A model generated the notes under the pieces. The model saw only the letters and a program-made list of their open reading frames with translations. It searched no databases and was not told the DNA's origin. Below, in pieces: positions 1-13,299 of a DNA stretch of 64,000 bases. Each line of letters opens with the position of its first letter. Positions within the stretch are counted from its first letter, which is position 1. The position numbers and the translations under genes were made by a program. The stretch comes from Hyaloraphidium curvatum SAG 235-1 (Eukaryota > Fungi > Monoblepharomycota), in the NCBI GenBank assembly GCA_025558095.1, contig JAIVFI010000020.1:645541-709540 (forward strand). The letters are read 5' to 3'.

Positions 1-894
1 GTCGGGCCCTTTCGCGCCCGTGGCCGGGTCCGGCGCGGACGAGTAGACCACCAGTGCGCTGCCGGGCAGCGCGACCACGTTGGCGGCCTCGATGATCACG
101 CGGGTCATGTTGGCGGTGTTGTTGTGGCCGATGGACACGGTGTTGCCGGGGAAGATGACGTTGACCGCGCGCACGTGGAGGCGGTACGCGGTGCGGATCG
201 ATGCCTGCCCGTTGGTCCAGCTCGACAGCAGCGAATCCAGCTCCGACATGTCCAGGTCCACGGCGTCCACGGTGTACGACCCGAACGGGCCCGGGTTGGG
301 CTCCACCCGCAGCGCCCAGCGCGCCGCCGACGCCGACACGTTGCGCGCGGCCGCGGCGACCCCGGGGCACCTGTCCGCGCCGAATGTCGACGGCCGCCGG
401 GTGCCCAGGGTCGGGTACTTTGCGGGCTCCGGTACGGGGGGCACGGGGGCGAAGAGATCGGGCGACATGCAGTCGTACGAGACGCGCAGGAACTTGTGGA
501 TGCCGGGGCAGGGGTCGCCCCACATGTCCTCGAAGTTGGCGTCCAGCAGGTAGCTGCAGGTCTGCTGGCCATCGCAGGCCCGGGCAATGTCGACCGCCAG
601 GGCGGCGGAGAGGGCGGGCGACAGCGAGCAGCTGTCCGTCTGGGTGTTGTTCGCCGGCGTCTGGCAGGTGAACGCGAGCGCGGCCTCGCCGGGAATGTCG
701 CGGCCGTAGAACGCGTCCGATATCGCGATGACGCCGCCGCCGCAGGACAGCTGGAGGGCCGTTCCGCCGCACGCGGTCGCGCGGAAGCCGGTGGTGCCGA
801 CGCCCGCGGGCGGACCCGATTGCCGCCGCAGCGGCGCAGCGGACGCCCCCGCAAAGAGGGCGGAAAAAGCAAGGAGGGGAAACAAGAGGCGCAT
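1..894 (-). CDS. Secreted protein with SUEL-type (rhamnose/galactose-binding) lectin domain; runs off the window edge
   Basis: Not in the ORF track. ATG at 894 gives signal peptide MRLLFPLLAFSALFAGASA, then CGGTALQLSCGGGVIAISDAFYGR...CDGQQTC...WGDPCPGIHKFLRVSYDC (SUEL YGR and DPC motifs). Frame stays open to position 1. Confidence 0.8.
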   Translation of the reverse strand, partial: MRLLFPLLAFSALFAGASAAPLRRQSGPPAGVGTTGFRATACGGTALQLSCGGGVIAISDAFYGRDIPGEAALAFTCQTPANNTQTDSCSLSPALSAALAVDIARACDGQQTCSYLLDANFEDMWGDPCPGIHKFLRVSYDCMSPDLFAPVPPVPEPAKYPTLGTRRPSTFGADRCPGVAAAARNVSASAARWALRVEPNPGPFGSYTVDAVDLDMSELDSLLSSWTNGQASIRTAYRLHVRAVNVIFPGNTVSIGHNNTANMTRVIIEAANVVALPGSALVVYSSAPDPATGAKGPD

Positions 895-1507
895 CGTGGG
901 TCGCGGTGTGCTGCTGGCCGCACCGGCCCGGGGGACTTGAAGGGTCGATGGCCGTGTCGCTGCGCCTCGCGTCAGCCGCGCGGGCGGACTTCCTTTCGAA
1001 CGCCGATGACAACCAAGTTCTGCCGGTCCGGCAAGGACGCGAGCTCCATGGATTCTTCTTTCGTTGGATCAACGGCGCCACAGACCCTAGCCACGGTCGA
1101 TCTTTCCGACGGGGCGGGGAGATGGAGGCTTCCCCGCGCGGCCGGCCCGGCGGACCAATATCCGAGCCCATGCTCAAGTTCCAGAGGACCCATCGCAAAA
1201 GTCTGAAACAGTTGAAGTGTTGTAGACTTGTTGCAGCAGCTTCTCTGATTTTTGCGGCGCTCCTGCCGATGGTGCACCGCGTCGGTCGGCGACGAGGTAG
1301 AGCAGTTCGTGGATGCCGCTCATTTCATACCTATTGCTGATTGCGATGACGGATCATGTCAAAAGCAACCTGGAGCACTATGTCGGAACGCAAGATCTCT
1401 AGCTTTCGGGGCTGTTGGAAGGCAGCATCGTCCCCGTAGTGTGCGCAACCTGCGTGCGCGCGCGCCTGCCCAGGTGGGCCGCCGAGGACAACCAACAAAC
1501 AGGCGCG

Positions 1508-2903
1508 ATGGCCACCGACGCCGGCCCGTTCCGGCTCCTCCATTCTCTCCCCGTGGAGCTCGTCATCCAGATCGTATTGCGCTTGCCGGCCGAGGACGTC
1601 GTGCGCCTGGGCTTGGCGGACCGGCGGCTGCGGGAAGTCGCGTGCGACCCGCAGGTCTGGCTCCGCGTGCTGGCCGCCAAGGGTCTCGGCTGGCTCTCGG
1701 TGGACGGCGCCGCCGCGCTTCTGAGGCGCGTGGGCGACGCGGTGCCGCAGCTGGCGGCCCTCCGCGGGCCGGACGCGGTCGCCACGGCCTTGAAGGTTCT
1801 CTATTTCTGGCCGCGCTCTGTGGGCCGGGACGCGCCGTCCGAGCTCGACTCGGTGTGCAGACACATCTCTTTCATCCGCGAGCGCGAGGTGTCCGAGTAC
1901 GCCTCGGTCTTCGCCTCGGTGGTCCTCGACACCCCCCTGGCCTCGGACGCGGCGTGCATGGGCCCGCCCGGCCCGCCGCTTCCGGACGACGAGGGCAACG
2001 TCGACCCCGCGGACGCGAACGGCACACCTTGCAGTTACTCCCTGCCGGATCTGTGGCTCTGCCTGGCCCCGGGGTGCGGCTCGGTGCGGTGTGGGAGGAC
2101 GTGCAGGCTGCACGCGCTGGGGCACTACCACCGCGAGAAGGGGCCGCACTGCGCCGTGATCAAGCTGTCCACCGCCGAAGTTTGGTGCTACCAATGCGAA
2201 CGATGGCTGGGGACGGTGCAGTCGCACCCGCTCGAGTTCCTGCGGATCCGGGAGGTCGGCGCGAGGATGCTCGGAGTGGACCGCCCGGGCGTCGTGGGAA
2301 ACCTCCAGGGCCCCGCCTTGGGCAACGGTGGCGCCGTTGGGCGGGCGATCCGCTGGAGTGCCGCTCACAGAGAGTACCTGCTCAACCCGCGGCGGCAGGA
2401 GGAGAGATCGTGGTCGATGCGCGGGGACCAGGGTGACGGCCCGGTGTGGCTGATCGGGCAGCCGTTCCTGTCGCAGTGGAACGCGTGGGTCGCTGCGTGC
2501 CGCGTGCTTTGCGACCGACTGATTCCCTCTTCGCGTGGGCAGCTTCCTGATCGGCAACGGCCCGCCCCCCGAGTCGGCCGACCACGCCTCCCTCTACATC
2601 CCCGGCACCTCGCCGCCCCGGATCAACCCCGAGCTCGCCTTCCTCGGCGTCAGCTTCGTCTCGGCCCACGACCGCGCCCGCTTCGCCGCCGCGTACCCCT
2701 CGACCGGCCTCGGGCCCGTCTGCGAGACGGCGATCCCCGACACCGAGGAGTACACCGTGCTGAGGCGGTTCGTCGCCAGACACCGGCTGGCGAATGCAGA
2801 GTGGCAGGGCGACGACATGGAGGGGGAAGGCGAATGGGAGGGGGACGATTTCGACGATGAGGCCGAGGTGATGGAGGCTTTCCAGCAGTTCATGGGGATA
2901 TGA
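1508..2903 (+). CDS. F-box + ZnF-UBP (+ probable DUSP-like) protein
   Basis: F-box LPVELVIQIVLRLPAEDVVRLGLADRRLREVACDPQVW; ZnF-UBP LWLCLAPGCGSVRCGR..HALGHY..H..VWCYQCE. GT-AG intron 2485-2542 joins SQWNA-FLIGNGPPP; acidic C-terminal tail. Confidence 0.8.
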
Positions 2904-3169
2904 GGCGGGGAGGGGTGGGGCTGCGGCCTGGGCGCTTTGTGTTCCGGTGACTTCGAAGTTCTTGTACACGGCTTGAATATTGTCGCTGCCAACATTCAGT
3001 CTTCGAGTGCGAGCGGCATCGGCGCCAGGGTCCGCCCGCAGCGTGTTGGCGCAGCGTCCCCAGCAACACGGCGACCTTGACGGCGACCCCTCAAACATAC
3101 TGGCGGCCCTCTCCGAGCCCGCCGCGGCCGGTGCCCTGGACTAAAAGCGGCTTTAACCGCCGTTCCCGC

Positions 3170-4410
3170 ATGGCGTCGGCGCCGCCGTCCCGCGGGGAGC
3201 GCGCGCGCGGGGTCGCGCTCACCGCGGCGGGCATCCTCGCGTCGTTCCTCGTGTACGGCGTCGCGCAGGAAAAGATCATGACGACCCCGTACGGCGAGGA
3301 CGGCGAGCGCTTCGACGAGACGGCGTTCCTCGTGCTCCTCAACCGCCTGGTCGCCGTGGCCCTCGCCGCCGCGCTCATGTGGGCCAATCGGGCCACCGAT
3401 AAGGACCAGTTCGCCCCGGCCGCGCCGCTGCGGAGCTACCTGGCGATCGCCGCGTGCAATTTCCTGTCGACGTTTGCGCAGTACGAGGCGCTCAAGTATC
3501 TGTCGTTCCCGATGCAGACGCTGGGCAAGACGGGCAAGATGGTGCCCGTGCTGCTGATCGGCGCGCTGCTGCAGGGCAAGAAGTACGGCGCAGTGGACTA
3601 CGCGACGGTGGCGGCCGTCACCCTGGGATCCTTCCTCTTCATCACCTCGGGCGAGATCCGGTCGTCGTTCCACCCGCCGCGGCCGCACGACACGTTCGCG
3701 GGAATGCTGCTGCTAGCGCTATACCTCTTCTTCGACGGGTTCACCACAACGTCGCAGGAGCGGCTGTTCAGAGCGTATGCGATGTCCGCTCCGCACCAGA
3801 TGTTCTGGGTGGGCGCGTGGGCCGTCGTGCTCAGCATACTTCGTGGGTGATGCACAGGCCCGGGCTTTCCCCCCCCCCTCACCTTTCAACCAGTCCTCCT
3901 CTTCCCCATCGATACCCTCCTCACCACGGGCACCCTGGAGCACAACAAGCTCGGCCCCGCCGTCGCCTTTGCCGCGCGCCATCCCGCTCTCTTGGCGGAC
4001 GCCCTGGTGCTCTCTTTCGCGGCCACGGCGGGGCAGGCGCTGATCTACTTTTGCATCCGCACCTACGGTGCCCTGGTGCTGTCCACCAGTACGTCCCCCC
4101 GCGCTCGCACGCCCCGCTTTCGCACGCTGACCGCCCTTCAGTCCTCACAACGCGCCAGATCATCTCCATCCTCCTCTCCGCCCTCATCTTCGCGCACCCC
4201 ATCACCCCCGCGCAGTGGCTCGCCTTCGCCGCCGTCTTCGGCGCGCTGTACTTCCGCGCATTCGCGCACCGCCGCGGCGAGCCCGCGGGGGGGAAGCCGC
4301 TGCCGCTGCTGCCGCTGCAGGCTAAGAGCTCGGATGATATACTGCGCATCGGTGGGGAGGGGGAGATTGGGGTCGCGGGGAACGGGGTGGGGCGGGAGGC
4401 CGGGCGCTAG
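3170..4410 (+). CDS. UAA-family nucleotide-sugar/PAPS transporter (SLC35B-like), 2 introns
   Basis: GVAQEKIMTTPY, QYEALKYLSFPMQTLGK..KMVPV, YLFFDGFT, GQALI, TTRQIISILLS motifs; multiple TM segments. Confidence 0.9.
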
Positions 4411-4480
4411 AGGGTTCATGCCGACATAGAGCGATACCAATGATGTATATCTGGCTCGTCCAATGCTGTGTCGAACTAGA

Positions 4481-5396
4481 CTACAGTTTGAACTGCTGCT
4501 GCTTCGCGACGACGCCTAGTTCTGCAATGACGTGGTCAGCCTGCGCCAGCGACTGCCGCTGGGCCCGGCAGAGACTCACCACCGAAGTAGCGGACAAAGT
4601 TTACGGGCCGCTCTGATACGGGCTTCTTCCCGCCGCCGTCGATCCCGAGCAGGATGTCGCCCAGCGCCTTGCATTCCCGGTCGTTGAGCGCGAGCATCTC
4701 GTCCCTCCACGGCTGCGGCCGGAGCATGGCCTTGGTCGCGAAGAGGGCAGCGGGGGAGAGCTGTGCGAGGGGCACGATGTCCTTTGCCATCGCCGCGTCC
4801 AGGATGCTGGGCGTCGATGCGGGGAAGATCCGCGTAACGAAGCTCCCCGCGGCCTCCTTCGCCGTTATCCTGTTGGCCCCCACGAGGATGTCGAACGCCC
4901 TGCGCTCCCCGAACAGCCGGGGAAAGATGGCCGTCGAGCATCCGCCGGGGGGCACGCCGACCCTCGTGAAGGGCGCCAGGAGGCCCGCGTCCTCGCGCGC
5001 GTAGACGAAGTCCGCGAGGCCGAGGGTGGTGAAACCGAACCCGATCGCGTTGCCATTCACCGCCGCCACGAGGATCTTTGGGAAGGCGATCATGGACCGC
5101 ACCAGCTCGCGCCAGACGGCGAGCCCGGCCTCGAGGTCCGCGTCCGTGATCTTCTCCAGCGGCACCTTGAGCGCCTCCGTCTCGATCCCGGAGCAGTAAA
5201 AGTTCCGCCCGTTGGCGGCGTCCTGGCCCGTCAGAACGAGCACGGAGCAATCCGGGTCCCCGGCGGCGCGCCGGATTCCGTCCAGCCATTCGAGCATCGT
5301 CGAGGGGAGCGCGGCGTTGCGCGAGGCGGGCCGCGAGAAAGTGAGGACCGACACGCGAGTCTTGGGATCGTTTCGGTACGGCATCGTCGAGGCCAT
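4481..5396 (-). CDS. Crotonase-fold protein, ECI2/delta3-delta2 enoyl-CoA isomerase-like; C-terminus FKL after splicing
   Basis: FPKILVAAVNGNAIG, DFVYA, PFTRVGVPPGGCS motifs. Intron 4579-4522 (GTGAGT...GCTGAC...GCAG) adds a last exon 4521-4481 encoding ELGVVAKQQQFKL*. Confidence 0.85.
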
Positions 5397-5568
5397 GGTT
5401 TCGGCCGCGATTCGGGCTCGATGAACGATTTGAATGTCCAGAAGCGATGTCTCCCGGAGCCGCGGCGATCGGCGCGGAAGGATCTGGACGAGTCGTCCAC
5501 AAACACCACCACCGGCATCTCGCTCTGGCCCGTCTGCCCTGCGAATCCCTCCCAAACACCTTCTTGCA

Positions 5569-6079
5569 ATGTCGGACAAGAAGATTTCTCGCGCGGAGGT
5601 GGCCAAGCACAACACGCAGGTGGCAGCGGCCGCCGGTCTACCGCCTCTTCCCGGCTCAACGAAACCGCTGGAAATGCCCTATCCCCCCCCCCACCGGTCG
5701 CGCGTTTGTTCGCTTCGAATCATCTCAGGACAGTGCCTGGATCATCTTGGATGGAGGCGTCTACGACTTGACGAAGTTCATGAAGGTTCGTGTTCAGTCG
5801 ACCTGCTATCTCCCACGCTCTCGACAATGACACGCCGACTCCTCGCAGGTTCACCCCGGAGGTGAGGGCCGGACGCGTCTGCCACTTTTGTGGCCTCGTT
5901 GCCGCGGACTCCGTGTCAACCAAACGTTGTCCTGCCCCGCAGGCCCGAAACCCATCCTCTCGTTCGCCGGCCGCGATGCCTCGCTGCTCTTCCACCAGGT
6001 CCACGAGCACATCATCGGGCAGGTCACCAAGAACCGGGCACGCATGCAGATCGGCGTCGTCTCGGACGAGAAGCTCTAG
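5569..6079 (+). CDS. Small soluble cytochrome b5 (4 exons), ends EKL
   Basis: Exons 5569-5619, 5729-5785, 5849-5861 and 5943-6079 give MSDKKISRAEVAKHNTQDSAWIILDGGVYDLTKFMKVHPGGPKPILSFAGRDASLLFHQVHEH...IGVVSDEKL; HPGG heme motif; no TM tail. Confidence 0.9.
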
Positions 6080-6112
6080 TGGAATGTGATTGGGACGCAG
6101 ATTCGCGGCCGT

Positions 6113-8817
<2,705 letters not shown>

Positions 8818-9071
8818 TGCAAGGCCGCGTTGGAAGTCCGCAAACCGAATCTAGCGTCCTTCGCGGGCCAGAGAGAGTGTTCCGTATTCCGAAGTTGCCG
8901 CCGAGCAAGGACCACGCGGTGCGTCGCGCATCGCAAACGTCTCCCATCCGAACTTGCCTCTTCTCCGGTGGCTATCAAGACCATCCTGCCCATCGCTTGC
9001 GCTACATTGGTTGCTGGACCGCTCTCCCGCTCCCCCTAGTTCACCCTTTCTCTTGCGGCCTCTGGAACGCG

Positions 9072-11218
9072 ATGGCGTCGCCAGCGCGGAAACGCCGGCC
9101 CTCTTCGTTCCGCGGATCCTACTCGGACGATGTCCACGTCTCCGCCAAAGAGATCGCGACAGACGTGCTGCGGTCTCTCGGATTCGGCGACGACGTAGTC
9201 TCCCAGCTCCTGGGCCGCGTCTCAATCGCCGGTCCCACCGAGCCCTTCCTCCCCTGCGTCTTCCGGGTGACCGACGCGATGACGGCGCTCCAGCTCAGCG
9301 TGGCGTCCCTTGCCAACCTCTGGGGTCTGCGGAGGAACGGCTACCTCCAGGATGTGCGGGTCAGCACCGAGACCGCGAGCATGCAGTTCTTCAGCGCCTT
9401 CTCGTTCGAGATATCCGCCCGGAAGATGTTTCCCAACCTGCCGGGGCCCGAGGACAGGCCGCTTTTATGGAGGGAATGGACGCCGTCGCTGACGGGTTTC
9501 GCGGAGCCCGACGTGACCGCGCGCTTTGGGTCCGTCTACTGGCAGCTTTGGGAAACGGGAGATGGCCGCTATGTCTTCGTGGGTCTCGCGAAAGCACGTA
9601 GAACGAAGTCCCCAATTGATACCCTCGTCTGCTCTAGCTCTCTCCCTTCATCAACCCGTACCCCCCGGAGAAGCTCCTCGAGCTGGTCGGATTCCAGCAG
9701 CCCGAGATCCCGCGCTTCTTCTCGCTCCTCGAGAAGGACGAGGGCATCCCCGAGGCCCTGGAGGCCATGCGCCGGGCCCTGAAGCGCATCCCCTCGGCGA
9801 TGGACCTCGAGAAGGCCATGTTCAAGGAGAAGGCCGGCGGATGCTGGGCCATCAAGACCCTGGACGAGTTCCTCGACGGCGACCAGGGGGTCTGGAGCGC
9901 GGCCCACGACCAGATCCACGTCGAGCAGGTCGGGACCGACAAGTGGGGACCCGCAGGATTCGGCGAGCCGGTCAAGGAGGGCGAGGGGCTGTACAAGGGG
10001 ATCAAGGTCGTGGAAATGACGCGGATCGTGATGGGACCGGTGTGCGTTACATTTCGCCGGTTGCTTTGCTTGAACCTAACGACATTGGCCCCACAGGATC
10101 AGCTCCTTCCTTGCCAACATGGGCGCCGACGTCGTGCGGATCGCTTCCGAGACGGTCAACGAGATGCCCAACTGGAACTTCACCCAGACCACCAACAAGC
10201 GCTGCATCGCGCTGAACCTGAAGGACCCGAAGGACAAGGCGGTGATGGACCGGCTGCTCGACGAGGCCGACGTGGTCCTGCAGAACAACGCCTACGGGGC
10301 CGTCGAGCGCCTCGGCTACGGGTTCGACGACCTCTGCAAGAGGTTTGCGAACCGCAAGAAGGGCTTCGTGTACTGCGAGGGCAACTCGCTCGGTTTCACG
10401 GGCCCGTGGGCATCTTCGGGAGGATTCGATCAAGGTAACGTCCGCTATCGCCCCATGCGGCGTCATACATGTCTAACGGCGTGCAATCCAGTGGGGCAGA
10501 TCTGCTCCGGCGCCGCCTTTGCCATGGGCCGGGAGGTCCACGGCCACGGAGAAGGAGCCGGCCCGGCCGGCGTCAAGCCGCACTTCTTCCCGAGCACCAT
10601 CTGCGACGCCACGACCGGCATGTCGGGCGCCGTGGGCCTGCACGCCGCGCTCTACCGCCGCGCGACGGAGGGCGGGTCGTACCGCGTCCGGGTCGCCCTC
10701 GCCCGGTCGGGGATGTTCTATCAGGAGCTGGGGATGTACCAGAGCAAGGCGCTGCGGAAGAAGGTTATGAGCAGGTGCGGGATCGGCGGCGGAGGTGGTT
10801 CTGTTTGCCCGACTAATTGGCATCGTGAACTTCTTTGCGCAGATTCGAATACCTGGACCCTCTGCCCGACCCGAAGGCCCGCTTTTTCGGGGTCATGGAC
10901 GCCTTCTTCCAGTATCATGAAGCCCTGCGCGACACCATGCCCCACCTGTTCTCCGACGAGCACTGGATGCGGTTCCGCGACTCGCCGTTCGGAGGGGTGC
11001 CCCTGCGCATCGTGCGCCCCGCCTTTTCCCTTTCGCGCAACCCGGTCGCCGTCCGCATCCAGCCGCGACCGCTGGGCTACGACTCGACTCCGGCGAGCAG
11101 GATCGCCATGAGGGGGGAGCTGAGGTGGCTCGATGAGCAGGCTCGGGATGTGGAACGGGACGGGGACGAGTGGTGGTTCAGGACCGTCGAGGGCGGTGCG
11201 GATAGCGCGAAGCTGTGA
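9072..11218 (+). CDS. Class III CoA-transferase (CaiB/BaiF family), ends AKL
   Basis: YKGIKVVEMTRIVMGP, LANMGADVVRI, NKRCIALNLKDP, EADVVLQN, GPWASSGGFDQ, PSTICDATTG (catalytic Asp position); C-terminus GADSAKL*; ~4 introns. Confidence 0.88.
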
Positions 11219-11513
11219 AATTTCTTGGGTTCTTCGTATTGTCTGTTCACCAGAACACCGCGCGGCTCGCAGCAGCTGTCGTGCAATGGAGGAAGCAACT
11301 TGCATGATGGATGCCAGAGTTGGAAGAGCACTAGGCTCCACTTCAACACTGCAGGCAGGAGTGCCGCCCGTCCTCCGCACACGTCAGCGGCCATCGTGGA
11401 AGGCGTGGGGCATTTTGGGGATCGCGCGAGGCCCGTTCTGCCGCAGGCGGCGGCTGGGGGGACAGGGAGAGAGCCATTCCAACCGCCAGAAACCCGAGCT
11501 CCGCCCGACTCCG

Positions 11514-13169
11514 ATGGCGGGAATGCTTGCGGACATTCTCTCCCCGCTGAAGCGGTCCCGCGCCGGGCGGCCGCCGCCCGTCGCCGCCGCGCGGGAACCG
11601 CCGTCCCCGCGCGTCGCCCCCGAACCCGCGCCCCTCCCCACGCCGTCGTCCCCGGACCCGCCCGCAAACGCGGTGCAGCCGGCCGCCCGCGAGAGGCCGT
11701 GGCCGCCTCCGCCGCCGATGGCCCCGCCCGGCGAGTACCCGCTGAATCCCAGCCCCGCCCAGGTGGCAGAGCTCATCGAGTATGGCAAGGTGAGGCCTGC
11801 CGGTGGGAGCGGGGGGCGCAATTGAATCGGGATCGCGCCGGCAGGTGCGGCGAAAGATGTACAAGGACGTGAAGCTCCTCGGGAGCGGCGCCGAAGCCAC
11901 GGTCAAGCAAGCCGTGGTCCGGGAGACGGGCCAGATCGTGGCGCTCAAAACCATGCCGAAGCCGGAGTTGATGCCCGCAGGGGGCAAACTGGGCGCTAAA
12001 GCGGCCTCGGCGGAGTCCGTGCGGGTCAGGGAGGCGTTCGAGAGGGACATTCGAAAGCGTTACGTCGCGATGAAGAGACTAGGAAATCATCCGAGGATTC
12101 CAACGTGAGGCTGTTGAGCGCCTCGCGGATGACGCCCATGCCGACGTGCAAATTCGCAGATACCACGAGCTCTTCGAGGTGACCGACAAGTTCTACCTGA
12201 TCCTGGACGTCGCACCGGGTGGCAATCTGGGTCAATACCTCCGACGGCAGGGCGGAATCATCGAGGACGAGCAGCTCGCAGCGCGCATTGCGTCGTACAT
12301 ACTGGAAGGCCTGGTCTTTGTGCACTCCCGCGGGGTCATCCACCGCGACCTGAAGCCCACCAACATCCTCCTCGCCGATGACCGGGTCGAAACGCTCTTC
12401 CTCTCGGACTTTTCCAACGCATACGTGGATCCGGCTCTCTACGGGACGGACATGACGGGGCAGCTGCTCACCCCGATGTCGCCTGTGACCCAGTCGTCAG
12501 ACGACTCCAGCGAGGTCATGAACAAGGCCTTTGCCAAAACGGTTACGGGAACGCCGTTCTACCTTGCCCCGGAGATCGTGATGGCGCAGCCCTACACCAA
12601 CTCGGTGGACATGTGGTCCGCAGGCTGCATCATCTACGAGGTGGGGGAGGTTTCAGGGGCGGCTCCCGCTCCTCTGTGGTAGACTGATGGAAACGTTTCC
12701 CCACATCCAGATCCTGTTCGGCCGCACCCCCTTCGCCACCGCGGCAAGATCAATGACGGAACTCTTCAACTGCATCGGTTCGGCGCGGATCAACTACCCG
12801 ACCGAGGACCGCGAGTACGGCCTGTCCCAGCAGGCGCTCTCGTTCCTCACCCGCCTCCTCGTGCGCGACCCCGCGGGGAGGATGACGGCCGCCGAGGCGA
12901 TGCGGCATCCGTGGATCGCGGGGGTGCTGCAGAAAGGACCTGCCGGTTCCTTGGAGAGGGAGCAGAAGGCAGCGGGGCTGGCGCCGGTCGCGGCACCGAT
13001 GCAGCTGAGTGTTTCTCCGGCCCTGAGGCCGACCAAGCTTGCGGATCCGGAAGCGGAGACATCTGCTCCAGTTGCTGAGAGGAGGTTGTCTGGCGTTGAA
13101 GTCATGTGGAGCATGGGCGAGCTGGTGCCGATGCTGCCGACTCTGCAGGCCCCGCCGAGCTTCCCGTGA
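11514..13169 (+). CDS. CAMK-like Ser/Thr protein kinase with atypical motifs
   Basis: LGSGAEATVK, VALK, HRDLKPTN, DFS, GTPFYLAPE, DMWSAG; 3 introns; Pro-rich N-terminus. Confidence 0.88.
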
Positions 13170-13299
13170 CAGCTGCATCCCTGGCCTGGACATGTATATA
13201 ACTGAACTGCAATCTTCCTTTGCGAAATTTGAGAGAAAAGAGTAGTTTGCCAAAGTTGGTTACAGGAAAAAGACTGTACAAGCCTCCCGGCCGGGGCCA

